64,000 nt of DNA from Capsulimonadaceae bacterium (GCA_965215505.1 OZ244065.1:3904001-3968000); one strand, 5' to 3'. Positions 10,150-18,994 are shown, counted from the stretch's first letter. A program made the numbers and translations. Notes: a model not told the origin generated them from the sequence alone.

Positions 10150-10824
10150 ATGCCCGACGAGATCGAAGTCCCCCTGGAACAGTCCCAGGAACACATCGAG
10201 AAGGCCCACGAGGAGCATGAGGGGCATCACGGGGAAGGCGAGGAGAAGGGCAAAAGCGGCTGGACGCGCTTCATCGCGGTCGCGACGGCGATATTGGCCG
10301 TGGTCGCCGCCATCGGTGCCCTGAAGTCGGGCCTGCTCGTCAATGAGGCGCTGCTCGCCAAGAACGACGCCCTGCTCCAGAAGAGCGAGCAGGTCAAGCA
10401 CCTGACGGACAAGAGCGACAGCTACAACTATTATCAGGCTGAGGGCCTGAAGTCGCTGATCTACCAGACCGCCGCCCAGGCCTTGCCGCCCGACTCGGCG
10501 GCCGCCGCAGACGACTTGAAGCAGTCCGCGCATTACAAGGACAAGCAGGACGAGATCAAGAAGCAGGCCGACGAGGCCGACGCCAAGGGGCGGGAGGCCG
10601 AGGAGAAGGCGGCGAAAGCCAACGAGGAGTCGGCGAAGATCATGGAGAAGCACCACATGTTCGCCTTCTCGGTGAGCCTGTGCCAGATCGCCATCGCCCT
10701 GTCCGCCATCGCCGCCCTGACCCGGAGCCGCCGCGTCTGGTTCTTCGGCCTGGCGGCGGGCCTTGCCGGCATCGCCGCCCTGGTCGGCGGCTTCGCCGGC
10801 CTGCACCTGCCGTTCGCGTTCTGA
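10150..10824 (+). CDS. DUF4337-like membrane protein
   Basis: His/Glu-rich N-terminus, TM helix, YYQA motif, coiled coil, QIAIALSAIAALT and a last TM helix. Confidence 0.75.
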   Translation: MPDEIEVPLEQSQEHIEKAHEEHEGHHGEGEEKGKSGWTRFIAVATAILAVVAAIGALKSGLLVNEALLAKNDALLQKSEQVKHLTDKSDSYNYYQAEGLKSLIYQTAAQALPPDSAAAADDLKQSAHYKDKQDEIKKQADEADAKGREAEEKAAKANEESAKIMEKHHMFAFSVSLCQIAIALSAIAALTRSRRVWFFGLAAGLAGIAALVGGFAGLHLPFAF

Positions 10825-10835
10825 TTGCCTGCCCC

Positions 10836-10863
10836 GTAAGGGCGCGATAAATCGCGCCCCTAC
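10836..10863. repeat. GTAG-type REP palindrome overlapping the deaminase stop codon
   Basis: gtaagggcgcgataaatcgcgcccctac. Confidence 0.75.
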
Positions 10864-11423
10864 TCCGTCAAAGCCAGGAGCTGTTCCACGAATTTCGCCT
10901 GCTCGGTGCCTTTTTTGCCTTCCAGCCATCGCTCGAACAGGGCGCGGCTCTCGGCGGGCAGGATGCCGCCGGTGACCTCGGGGGCGCTGCTTTCCGGGCT
11001 TTCCGGGGGCTTGACCCGCCGCGTCCCGTTGTCGGCGGGCGCGTTCAGGCCGAACAGGACGTGCGCCACGCCCGCTTCCATGGCCGCGCCCAGGCACATC
11101 ACGCAGGGCTCCAGGGTCGAAACCATGATGACGTCTTCGGCGTCGAGCGGCAGGGCGGGCGGCTGGCCGCCCCGACTGCCGGCGCTCTCGAAGGCCACCA
11201 TTTCGGCGTGGGCCGTCTTGCGCCCCAGCGCGTTCAGACGGTTGTGGCCGCGCGCGACGACGCGCAGGTCCGGCCCGGACCCCATCGCCAGGACGCAGCC
11301 GATGGGTGCCTCCCCCTCGGCCATGCCCCGCTCGGCTTCGGCCAGGGCCTCGCGCATCAGCATCTCCTGCTGGTCATCCGTCAGATCAATCCGAGACTTC
11401 GTATTAGGCTTCGTATTGGACAC
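10860..11423 (-). CDS. Zn-dependent nucleoside/nucleotide deaminase (TadA/cytidine deaminase superfamily)
   Basis: AHAE and TLEPCVMC motifs; GTG start. Confidence 0.88.
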   Translation of the reverse strand: MSNTKPNTKSRIDLTDDQQEMLMREALAEAERGMAEGEAPIGCVLAMGSGPDLRVVARGHNRLNALGRKTAHAEMVAFESAGSRGGQPPALPLDAEDVIMVSTLEPCVMCLGAAMEAGVAHVLFGLNAPADNGTRRVKPPESPESSAPEVTGGILPAESRALFERWLEGKKGTEQAKFVEQLLALTE

Positions 11424-11506
11424 GGTCGGTGCCTCGCTTTCCGGCCCTGTTGTACCCGGAACGGGGCGCGGCTATGGCAGGCGGGGCGGGGGCGGGAGGC
11501 GCGGCA

Positions 11507-11539
11507 TGAAAAGACCGGGCGAGTTTCCTCGCCCGGTTC
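11507..11539 (-). terminator. Intrinsic terminator closing the S8-peptide transcript
   Basis: Minus strand accgggcgag-gaaa-ctcgcccggt-ctttt. Confidence 0.75.
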
Positions 11540-11558
11540 CTGTTCAGCCTTGTCCTGT

Positions 11559-11633
11559 TCATCCGTCCCAGATGATGCGGGGCCGGGGGTGTGGCCGGGG
11601 GCGCACGCTGCGCCTGTCAGGCTTCGGCGTCAT
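11559..11633 (-). CDS. Putative small peptide MTPKPDRRSVRPRPHPRPRIIWDG (24 aa)
   Basis: AAGGAG RBS 6 nt before ATG 11633; lies between the S8 stop (11663) and a terminator; alternative ATG 11639. Confidence 0.6.
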   Translation of the reverse strand: MTPKPDRRSVRPRPHPRPRIIWDG

Positions 11634-11662
11634 GGTCATCTCCTTCCGATCCGTCTGCGTCC

Positions 11663-13744
11663 CTATTCGCCCGCGACGGCTGTGGAGGTGAGGTCCACGG
11701 CCGGCGTGCTGCTGCCCCAGGTCGCCCGGCTGCCCCAGGTCGCCCGGTCGGCACCCGCCAGGGCGCTGCCCCAGGTGGCCCGGTCGGCGTCCGTCAGCGA
11801 ACTGCCCCAGGTGGCCCGGTCGGCGGCCGCCGCCGTGCTGCCCCAGGTCGCCCGGTCCATGAACAGCGAGGTGCTGCCGTCGGGGTTGGTCGTGCTGCCC
11901 CAGGTCGCCCGGTCGGCCCCGACGGAGCTGCCCCAGGTGGCCCGCAGGTCGGTCAGCCCGGTGCCCCACAGGCCGGCGGTCCAGCTCGCCTGGTTGAGGA
12001 CCAGGGAGAGGGTGCCGTCACTGTTGAGCAGCAGGGCGGGGCTGAGGGCGGGGAGGGTGGGCGTGACGGTGCTGGCCAGCGCGGCGGGGATGTCGAGGTA
12101 GCCGGCGCCGTAGGTGAGGGCGTCGCCGGTCCCGTCGGGGGCGGCCCACTTGTCGGCGGAGACCATCAGGCGGGCCTTGATCGTGTCGGGCGTCAGGTTC
12201 GGGTTGGCCTGGAGCATCAGGGCGGCGGCCCCGGCGACGACGGGGGAGGCCATGCTCGTCCCCGACAACTGGAAGTAGTCCCCGGAGGAACCCGTGACCC
12301 CGAGGTTCGCGAGGGACGCCGGTGTCACATAGGAGGTGTAGGGGATCTGGTTGCTACCGCTGTTGTAGGAGTCCAGCGCGCTGCCCTGGGCGTCCAGCGA
12401 GATGACCTTGTTGCCCGCCGCGACGATGTCGGGCTTGAGGATCAGGTCCACGCGGGACGGCCCCCGGCTGGAGTAGGTCGCGATCTTGTCGTCCGTGCGG
12501 TTCGTGTCCGGCGTGCCGTCCGGGTTGAGGGCGCGCTTTGCGGCCCCGACGGTGATGACGTAGGGGTCGTTGGCGGGCGACTGGATGGAGCCGTAGTCGG
12601 TGCCCCAGCCCTCGTTGGAAGCGCCGGGGACGTTCAGGGCGCCGAGGCGGCCAGTGTTGCCCGCCGCGCAGACGACGACGATGCCCGCCCGGTAAACGGC
12701 CTCGACGGCCTGGCAGAGCGGGTCGTTGACGTAAGTGTCTCCGACCGGGTGGCCGAGCGAGAGGTTGACGACGCGGATCGGGGCCTTCTTGTTGTCGTAC
12801 TGGTGGGCGACGATCCACTGGAGGCCAGCGATGACGGCGCTGACGTCGGCCTGTCCGGTCTGGTCGAGTACGCGGACGTTGACGATGTTGGCCTGCGGCG
12901 CGATGCCGTTGAAGGTGTGATAGCAGTAGGCGGCGGGGGAGCGCGAGCCGTTGCCGGCGATGATGCCGGCGACGTGGGTGCCGTGTCCGCAGGGGTCGTA
13001 GCCGTTGGAACTGGGGGCGCTGCCCAGCAGGAGGTTGGTGTCGGTGTCCCCCTCGGCGTCATCGCCGCCTTTGTTCTTCCCCTTGCCGTTCCCGCCGCCG
13101 TTGCCGCCGGATGCGGCGCCGCCGGAGAGGGCGTTGGCGAAGTTGGCGCTGCCGATCACGCGGGACGCGGCCTTGTTGGAGAGGTCGCCGGCCTGGCTGC
13201 TCAGGTCCGCGACGGGCATCACGCCGCTGTCAACCACGGCGACGGTCACGCCCAGCCCGGTGAGCTGGTAGGGCTTGTTCTTCTTGCCCAGCCCCACGGC
13301 CAGGCCGGCCTCGCTGGAGCCGACGGTGAACTCGTCGCTCTTGCGGACCACCCCGTCAAGCGAGAGGTGGGTGACGAACGGCAGCGCGGCCACGCGGCCC
13401 AGGCTGCGCGAGGGCACGCGCACGGCCACCGACCGGATGAAGGGCAGGCGGCGGATGATGTCCGCCCCCAGCGCCCGCAGGGACGCTTCCTGAGCGGGCG
13501 TCAGTGTATCCGCCGTCTTGAGGATGACGGACGACCATCCCGCGCCGGGCCTTACGGCCAGGGTCCGGGCGACGAACAGGTCGGCTTTGGATGCTGTGGA
13601 GGGGGCTGGAGTGGGGGCATCGGCAGACGGGGCGGCGTGGGCCGCGCCCGCCAGCATGGAGGCCACCAGGGAAGAGGTCAGGCCGGCCAGGAGCGCCGGT
13701 GCCAGCCGGGTCCATCCCCGGCGGCAAGAGTCGTTTCGGATCAT
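11663..13744 (-). CDS. Secreted S8 subtilisin-family serine protease with C-terminal RATWGS repeats (copy 1)
   Basis: Signal and pro-region; triad VVDSG, GHGTHVAG, SGTSMA; 7x RATWGS. Confidence 0.93.
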   Translation of the reverse strand: MIRNDSCRRGWTRLAPALLAGLTSSLVASMLAGAAHAAPSADAPTPAPSTASKADLFVARTLAVRPGAGWSSVILKTADTLTPAQEASLRALGADIIRRLPFIRSVAVRVPSRSLGRVAALPFVTHLSLDGVVRKSDEFTVGSSEAGLAVGLGKKNKPYQLTGLGVTVAVVDSGVMPVADLSSQAGDLSNKAASRVIGSANFANALSGGAASGGNGGGNGKGKNKGGDDAEGDTDTNLLLGSAPSSNGYDPCGHGTHVAGIIAGNGSRSPAAYCYHTFNGIAPQANIVNVRVLDQTGQADVSAVIAGLQWIVAHQYDNKKAPIRVVNLSLGHPVGDTYVNDPLCQAVEAVYRAGIVVVCAAGNTGRLGALNVPGASNEGWGTDYGSIQSPANDPYVITVGAAKRALNPDGTPDTNRTDDKIATYSSRGPSRVDLILKPDIVAAGNKVISLDAQGSALDSYNSGSNQIPYTSYVTPASLANLGVTGSSGDYFQLSGTSMASPVVAGAAALMLQANPNLTPDTIKARLMVSADKWAAPDGTGDALTYGAGYLDIPAALASTVTPTLPALSPALLLNSDGTLSLVLNQASWTAGLWGTGLTDLRATWGSSVGADRATWGSTTNPDGSTSLFMDRATWGSTAAAADRATWGSSLTDADRATWGSALAGADRATWGSRATWGSSTPAVDLTSTAVAGE

Positions 13745-13771
13745 TCGTCTTCTTCTCCCTCGGAATCGCGT

Positions 13772-13872
13772 CGTTCGGCGGCCCGGCGGCCCTGCCTTGC
13801 CCTGAATGGGGCGGGGGTTAGGCCCGTGGCTTTGCGTCCCGCGCTTTCGCGCGGTTTGCTCTTGTCAATCGC
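13772..13872 (-). ncRNA. c-di-GMP-I (GEMM-I) riboswitch aptamer, A20 variant
   Basis: AAGAGCAAACCGCGC-GAAA-GCGCGGGACGCAAAGCCACGGGCCTAA...GGCCGCCGGGCCGCCG; GAAA tetraloop with CCUAA receptor half; ends about 28 nt before the S8 ATG. Confidence 0.85.
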
Positions 13873-13932
13873 GAAGGATCGTTTGCTGTGGCTCGGTCGG
13901 CCCGACAGGAGAGTGTCACTTGGGGAGTGTCG

Positions 13933-14025
13933 CCCGTGCGGCAGCTCGGCTGTCTCCTCGATAAGGGGGGAGACCCGCTGGCTTTGCGTCCCGGCCTCGC
14001 GGCCGGTTTGCCCTTGTCGGGGGCG
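13933..14025 (-). ncRNA. c-di-GMP-I (GEMM-I) riboswitch aptamer, G20
   Basis: AAGGGCAAACCGGCC-GCGA-GGCCGGGACGCAAAGCCAGCGGGTCT...AGACAGCCGAGCTGCCG. Confidence 0.88.
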
Positions 14026-14131
14026 GAGAGAACCATCAAGAGAGATTATGGCGTCCGCAGGCACGGGCGTTCACTGTGGGAAGTGCGGGAAATGTGCAGC
14101 GGGGGGAAGTTCGGTCAGGCCTGCGACAAGA

Positions 14132-14166
14132 GTATCGGGGGGAGCGCGGTGCGCTCCCCCCGATAC
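14132..14166 (-). terminator. Terminator-like hairpin after S8 copy 2
   Basis: gtatcggggg(g)agcg/cgctcccccgatac stem followed by TCTTGT on the minus strand. Confidence 0.55.
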
Positions 14167-14202
14167 CGTCAATCTACCTCTGCCGGTCCGGCCGCTCCCT
14201 TC

Positions 14203-16227
14203 CTACTCGCCGTTGATGGCGGTGGAGGTGAGGTCCACCGAGGGACCGCTGCTGCCCCACGTCGCCCGGCTGCCCCAAGTGGCCCGGTCCGCGCCCGCCA
14301 GCGCGCTGCCCCAGGTGGCCCGGTCGGCGTCCGTCAGCGAACTGCCCCACGTCGCCCGGTCGGCGGCCGCCGCCGTGCTGCCCCAGGTCGCGCGGTCCAT
14401 GAACAGCGAAGTGCTGCCGTCGGGGTTGGTCGTGCTGCCCCAGGTCGCCCGGTCGGCCCCGACGGAGCTTCCCCAGGTGGCCCGCAGGTCGGTCAGCCCG
14501 GTGCCCCACAGGCCGCCGCTCCAGGTCGGCTGGTTGAGGACCAGGGAGAGGGTGCCGTCGCCGTTCTCCAGCAGGGCGGGGCTGAGGGCGGGGAGGGTGG
14601 GGGTGACGGTGGAGGCGAGCGCGGCGGGGATGTCGAGGTAGCCGGCGCCGTAGGTGAGGGCGTCGCCGGTCCCGTCGGGGGCGGCCCACTTGTCGGCGGA
14701 GACCATGAGGCGGGCCTTGACGGCGTCGGGGGTGAGTGCGGGGTTGGCCTGGAGCATGAGGGCAGCGGCCCCGGCGACGACGGGGGCGGCCATCGAAGTG
14801 CCCGACAACTGGAAGTAGGCGTAGGAGGAACCGTCCGAGCCGTACTTCCGGTAGCTGGACTGCGGGATGTCATTGGTGCCGCCCGCATAGGTGTCCAGGG
14901 TGCTGTTGTCGGAACACAGCGAGATGACCTTGTTGCCGGGCGCGATGATGTCGGGCTTGAGGATCAGGTCCACGCGGGACGGCCCCCGGCTGGAATAGGT
15001 CGCGATCTTGTCGTGGGCGCGCACGCCGTCCATGCTCTTGGTGGCCCCGACGGTGATGATGGAGGGGTCATTGCCGGGCGACTGGATGGAGCCGTAGTCG
15101 GTGCCCCAGCCCTCGTTGGAGGCACCGGCCAGATTGACGGCCCCGAAGCGGCCAGTGTTGCCCGCCGCGCAGACGACGACGATGCCGGCCTTCCAGACCT
15201 TCTCGACGGCCTGGCAGAGCGGGTCGGTGGCGTAGCTCTCGCCGACCGGGTGGCCGAGCGAGAGGTTGACGACGCGGACCGGCGATTTCGGATTGTCGTC
15301 CTGGTGGGCGACGACCCATTGGAGGCCGGCGATGACGGTCGCGACATCGGCCTGTCCGTTCGCGTCGAGGACGCGGATGTTGGCGATATCGGCTTGCGGC
15401 GCGATGCCGTTAAAGGTGCGGAAGCAGAACAGCCGATTGGACCTCGCCCCGTCGCCGGCGATGATGCCGGCGACATGGGTGCCGTGCCCGCACGGGTCGT
15501 AGAGGCTGCCGTTGTTGCTGGGACCCAGCAGGGTGAGGCTGGTCCCGACGCCGATGATGTTGAGGCCCTGGCCCCTGCCGCCGCTGAGATCGAGCGAGAC
15601 GCCGATCCCGCCGCCGTAGGCACTGCTGCTCCCGGTGAGGTCGGGCGCAAAGTTGACGCTCGCGCGGATGCGAGTCTTGCTGAACGGCCCGAGGTCACTG
15701 TCGGAGAGGTCCTGGACGGGGGCGACACCGCTGTCAACCACGGCGACCGTCACGCCCAGCCCGGTGAGCTGGTACTGGCCGCCGCGCCCGTCCGTGCCGT
15801 GAGCCTGGGCGGCCTCGCTGGAGCCGACGGTGAACTCGTCGCTCTTCCGGACCAGGCCGTTGAGCGACAAATGCGTGATGAACGGCAGGGCGGCCACCCG
15901 GCCCAGGGCGCGTGCGGGGACCCGAACCGCGACCGAGCCGATGAGCGGCAGGTGCCGGGTGATGTCGGCACCCAGGGAGTGGAGCCGGGCCTCCTGCGCG
16001 GGGGTGAGAGTGCCGTCCGTCTTGAGGATGACGGACGACCATCCCGCCGCAGTCTTGGCGGCCAAGGTCCGGGCGACCGCCTGATCGGCGGACGCGGCGG
16101 GGGCGGCTTGGGCGGCACCGGCCAGCATGGGAGCCACCAGCGAGGCGGTCAGGCAAGCCAGGAAGGCCGGGGCCTGACGGGTAGTTCGCGGCCGTGCCGT
16201 GGTGCGGCGTGAGGTATCTTGGATCAT
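14203..16227 (-). CDS. Secreted S8 subtilisin-family serine protease with C-terminal RATWGS repeats (copy 2)
   Basis: Same D/H/S triad; C-terminal part nearly identical to copy 1; ATG 16227 after AAGGA. Confidence 0.93.
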   Translation of the reverse strand: MIQDTSRRTTARPRTTRQAPAFLACLTASLVAPMLAGAAQAAPAASADQAVARTLAAKTAAGWSSVILKTDGTLTPAQEARLHSLGADITRHLPLIGSVAVRVPARALGRVAALPFITHLSLNGLVRKSDEFTVGSSEAAQAHGTDGRGGQYQLTGLGVTVAVVDSGVAPVQDLSDSDLGPFSKTRIRASVNFAPDLTGSSSAYGGGIGVSLDLSGGRGQGLNIIGVGTSLTLLGPSNNGSLYDPCGHGTHVAGIIAGDGARSNRLFCFRTFNGIAPQADIANIRVLDANGQADVATVIAGLQWVVAHQDDNPKSPVRVVNLSLGHPVGESYATDPLCQAVEKVWKAGIVVVCAAGNTGRFGAVNLAGASNEGWGTDYGSIQSPGNDPSIITVGATKSMDGVRAHDKIATYSSRGPSRVDLILKPDIIAPGNKVISLCSDNSTLDTYAGGTNDIPQSSYRKYGSDGSSYAYFQLSGTSMAAPVVAGAAALMLQANPALTPDAVKARLMVSADKWAAPDGTGDALTYGAGYLDIPAALASTVTPTLPALSPALLENGDGTLSLVLNQPTWSGGLWGTGLTDLRATWGSSVGADRATWGSTTNPDGSTSLFMDRATWGSTAAAADRATWGSSLTDADRATWGSALAGADRATWGSRATWGSSGPSVDLTSTAINGE

Positions 16228-16255
16228 TTGCTTTTCTTTCCTTCGGAGTCGCACA

Positions 16256-16360
16256 GTTCGGCGGCCCGGCGGCCGTGCCCCGCCGCGGTCGAGCCGGGGT
16301 AGGGGTTAGGCCCGTGGCTTTGCGTCGCCGCCTTTCGGCGGGCATGCTCTTGATTAATCG
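16256..16360 (-). ncRNA. c-di-GMP-I (GEMM-I) riboswitch aptamer, A20 variant
   Basis: AAGAGCATGCCCGCC-GAAA-GGCGGCGACGCAAAGCCACGGGCCTAA...GGCCGCCGGGCCGCCG. Confidence 0.8.
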
Positions 16361-16376
16361 CGAAGGATCGTTCGAC

Positions 16377-16424
16377 GTGGCTTGGTTGATGTGGCTTGGT
16401 TGATGTGGCTTGGTTGATGTGGCT
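16377..16424. repeat. Tandem 14-bp repeat (gtggcttggttgat x3) in the inter-riboswitch linker
   Basis: Directly visible; the equivalent linker of copy 1 has a single related unit. Confidence 0.85.
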
Positions 16425-16451
16425 CGGTCGGTTCGACGAGAGGATGTCGCC

Positions 16452-16542
16452 CGTGCGGCGGCCCGGCCGTCTTCAGCGGGACTGAAGACCCGTCGGCTTT
16501 GCGTCCCGGCCGTGCGAGCCGGTGTGCCCTAGTCTGGGGCGG
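16452..16542 (-). ncRNA. c-di-GMP-I (GEMM-I) riboswitch aptamer, G20
   Basis: TAGGGCACACCGGC...GCCGGGACGCAAAGCCGACGGGTCTTCAG...CTGAAGACGGCCGGGCCGCCG. Confidence 0.8.
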
Positions 16543-16643
16543 AAAGAACCATCAAAGGTATTATGGGGTCTGGGAGGGGGCATGCTCACTGTAGGATATG
16601 CGGGAAAGTGCGGGGCGGGCCGAAGGAGCGGGCTGGTCTTGTG

Positions 16644-17276
16644 CTAGGGAGATATGTTCGAGGATGAACCCGCGCCGTAGCGCAGCCCGTCAACGAGCAG
16701 GGCGACCATGCGCCGCGCATGGTCAGGTCCCCCGGCGTGAGCGGCCATGGAAAGGTTCCCCACCGCCCCCAGCAGGTCATCCGGCTCGACGCCCGCGCGC
16801 ACCTCGCCCGCGGCGACCGCCGCGTCCAGCAGCGTTCGAAGCGCCGGCTGGAGCCGCTTCTGGAAGTAGGCGGGCAGGGCGTCGAAGGCCGGGTCCCCCG
16901 AATGCAGGGCCGTGGCCAGCCCGCGTTTGGTCGCGATGAAGGCCGCATACCGCTGCATCCAGCGCGCCAGCGCCTCCCCCGGCTCGTGTTCCGCCGCCAG
17001 GACCGGCGCGGCGTCCGCGCAGGCATCCACCTCATGCTGGAAGACGGCCGCGATGAGGTCCGAGCGCTGCGGGAAATGGCGGTACACCGTGCCGACGCCG
17101 ACGCCCGCCTTGGCGGCGATCTCCCGCACCGGCGCGTCCACCCCGGACGCCGCGAACACCGCCAGCGCCGCCTCCAGCAATGCGTCCGTGTTCCGCCGCG
17201 CGTCGGCGCGCACGCGCCGATCCCCGCCGCCCCGAGGCTCCGAGCCATCCCCCTGATTTTCCAATTTGCCGTTCAC
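16644..17276 (-). CDS. TetR/AcrR family transcriptional regulator
   Basis: RADARRN...IAAKAGVGVGTVYRHFP HTH; GTG start after GGAGG. Confidence 0.92.
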   Translation of the reverse strand: MNGKLENQGDGSEPRGGGDRRVRADARRNTDALLEAALAVFAASGVDAPVREIAAKAGVGVGTVYRHFPQRSDLIAAVFQHEVDACADAAPVLAAEHEPGEALARWMQRYAAFIATKRGLATALHSGDPAFDALPAYFQKRLQPALRTLLDAAVAAGEVRAGVEPDDLLGAVGNLSMAAHAGGPDHARRMVALLVDGLRYGAGSSSNISP

Positions 17277-17287
17277 TCCGCCTCCAC

Positions 17288-17335
17288 TTGACAAACGGAA
17301 CATTGTTCCGTATAATAGGGAATATGGTTCCGTTT
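17288..17335 (+). promoter_or_regulatory. Consensus sigma70 promoter with overlapping TetR-type operator palindromes
   Basis: TTGACA(17288)-N17-TATAAT(17311); acggaacattgttccgt palindrome in the spacer; second related site ggaatatggttccgt. Confidence 0.8.
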
Positions 17336-17374
17336 CAGCCATAATACCACATCGCGGCATCGAAGGAGAATTTT

Positions 17375-18208
17375 ATGGACAGCAAAGTCTGGTTTATCAC
17401 CGGCACCTCCCGCGGTTTCGGCCGCGTCTGGGCCGAAGCCGCGCTGGGGCGCGGCGACAAGGTCGCGGCGACCGCCCGCAAAACGGCAGACATCGCCGAT
17501 CTGAAGGAGCGCTTCGGGGACGCCGTCCTCCCGCTGGCGCTCGACGTCACGGACGCCGATCAGGTGCGGCAGAGCGTCCAGCAGGCGCACGCGCATTTCG
17601 GCAGGCTGGACGTGGTCCTCAACAACGCCGGTTACAGCCTGGTCGGCACGATTGAGGAGGCAGGCGAGGCGGACGTCCGCGCCGAGTTCGACACGAACTA
17701 CTTCGGCGCATTGCGGGTCATTCAGGCCGCCCTCCCTCTGCTGCGGCAGCAGGGCGGCGGGCACATCCTCGGCGTCTCCAGCACTCTCGGCCATGTGGCA
17801 TTCCCACTCATCGGCCACTACTGCGCCTCCAAATGGGCCTTCGAGGCGCTCCACGAGAGTCTGGCGCAAGAGGTCAAGGCGTTCGGCATCAAGGTGACGC
17901 TGATCGAACCCGGTGCCTACGCCACGTCGTTCGGCAGCCCCGAGTCGCTGAAGATCGCGCCGGGCATGGATACCTACAATGAGCTGCGGCAGCAGGTTTT
18001 CGGGCAGCTCAGGAGCCAAGAACGCGGCGACCCGGCGGTGACCGCCGAAGCCGTCCTCAAGGTCGCGGATGCGGAGAACCCTCCGCTGCGCCTGATCCTC
18101 GGCAGCACCGGCCTGCCCATGGTGCGCGCCGCCTACGCCGACCGCCTCGCCACCTGGGAGGAATGGGCGGCCGTCTCAAACGCCGCGCAAGGCGAGCCGC
18201 AGAAGTGA
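17375..18208 (+). CDS. Short-chain dehydrogenase/reductase
   Basis: TGTSRGFG, NNAG, YCASK. Confidence 0.93.
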   Translation: MDSKVWFITGTSRGFGRVWAEAALGRGDKVAATARKTADIADLKERFGDAVLPLALDVTDADQVRQSVQQAHAHFGRLDVVLNNAGYSLVGTIEEAGEADVRAEFDTNYFGALRVIQAALPLLRQQGGGHILGVSSTLGHVAFPLIGHYCASKWAFEALHESLAQEVKAFGIKVTLIEPGAYATSFGSPESLKIAPGMDTYNELRQQVFGQLRSQERGDPAVTAEAVLKVADAENPPLRLILGSTGLPMVRAAYADRLATWEEWAAVSNAAQGEPQK

Positions 18209-18232
18209 ATCAGCGTGAAGAAGGAGAATACC

Positions 18233-18994
18233 ATGCAAGACAAACGCATCGCCCTGGTCACCGGGGCCAATCAAGGAGTCGGCCTTCAGGTCGCAAAGGA
18301 ACTCGTGGCACACGGCCTCGCCGTGCTGGTCGGTTCGCGCAGTCTCGAGCGCGGTGAGGCCGCCGCCAAAGAGATCGGGCCGGGTGCCGTCGCGCTCCAG
18401 CTCGATGTGACGGATCGAGCTTCCATCGCCGCCGCGGCGGAGCGCATCCGCGGCGAGTTTGGCCGCCTCGACCTGCTCGTCAACAACGCGGCGATCTCGA
18501 ACACGAGAAAGCAGCAGCTCGGCTTGTCCCTTCAGGACTACGCGCAGATGTCGCTCGCGAGCAACGCGTCCCTCGATGAAATACGCGCGGTCTGGGAGAC
18601 CAACGTGTTCGGCGTCCTCGCCGTTTACCAGGCAATGCTGCCGCTCCTGCGCCTGTCGCCTGACGCCCGCATCGTCAACGTGTCGAGCAGCGTCGGCTCA
18701 CTGGCGACGAACGCAGACCCGGCTTTCCCCTACCATAAGTTCTTCGGACCCGTGTATCCGGCGTCCAAAACGGCACTCAACGCGATGACGCTGGCGATGA
18801 TGGTCGAGCTGGAATCGACCGGGATCAAGGTCAACCTGGTCTCCCCAGGCTTCACCAAGACCAGCCTCAATGGATACGAGGGCACCGAATCTGTTGAGGA
18901 CGGCTCCCGCGAGGTGGTGCGCGTCGCGCTGCTCGGCGCGGACGGCCCGACAGGCACGTTCACGCGCTGGGAGAACACAACGATCCCCTGGTGA
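18233..18994 (+). CDS. SDR oxidoreductase (carbonyl-reductase-like)
   Basis: TGANQGVG, NNAA, YPASK; AAGGAG RBS. Confidence 0.92.
   Translation: MQDKRIALVTGANQGVGLQVAKELVAHGLAVLVGSRSLERGEAAAKEIGPGAVALQLDVTDRASIAAAAERIRGEFGRLDLLVNNAAISNTRKQQLGLSLQDYAQMSLASNASLDEIRAVWETNVFGVLAVYQAMLPLLRLSPDARIVNVSSSVGSLATNADPAFPYHKFFGPVYPASKTALNAMTLAMMVELESTGIKVNLVSPGFTKTSLNGYEGTESVEDGSREVVRVALLGADGPTGTFTRWENTTIPW

Noticed and set aside
10860-11423. Assigning tadA to the deaminase
   Set aside because: Only superfamily motifs are visible; substrate cannot be determined
11705-11945. Interspaced ctgccccaggt(c/g)gcccgg repeats (also 14250-14485) as a CRISPR array
   Set aside because: Short, in-frame, synonymously varying coding repeats (RATWGS) inside the S8 genes
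11591-16212. Long plus-strand ORFs 11591..14641 and 13888..16212
   Set aside because: Antisense shadows of the S8 genes; low-complexity translation with no motifs
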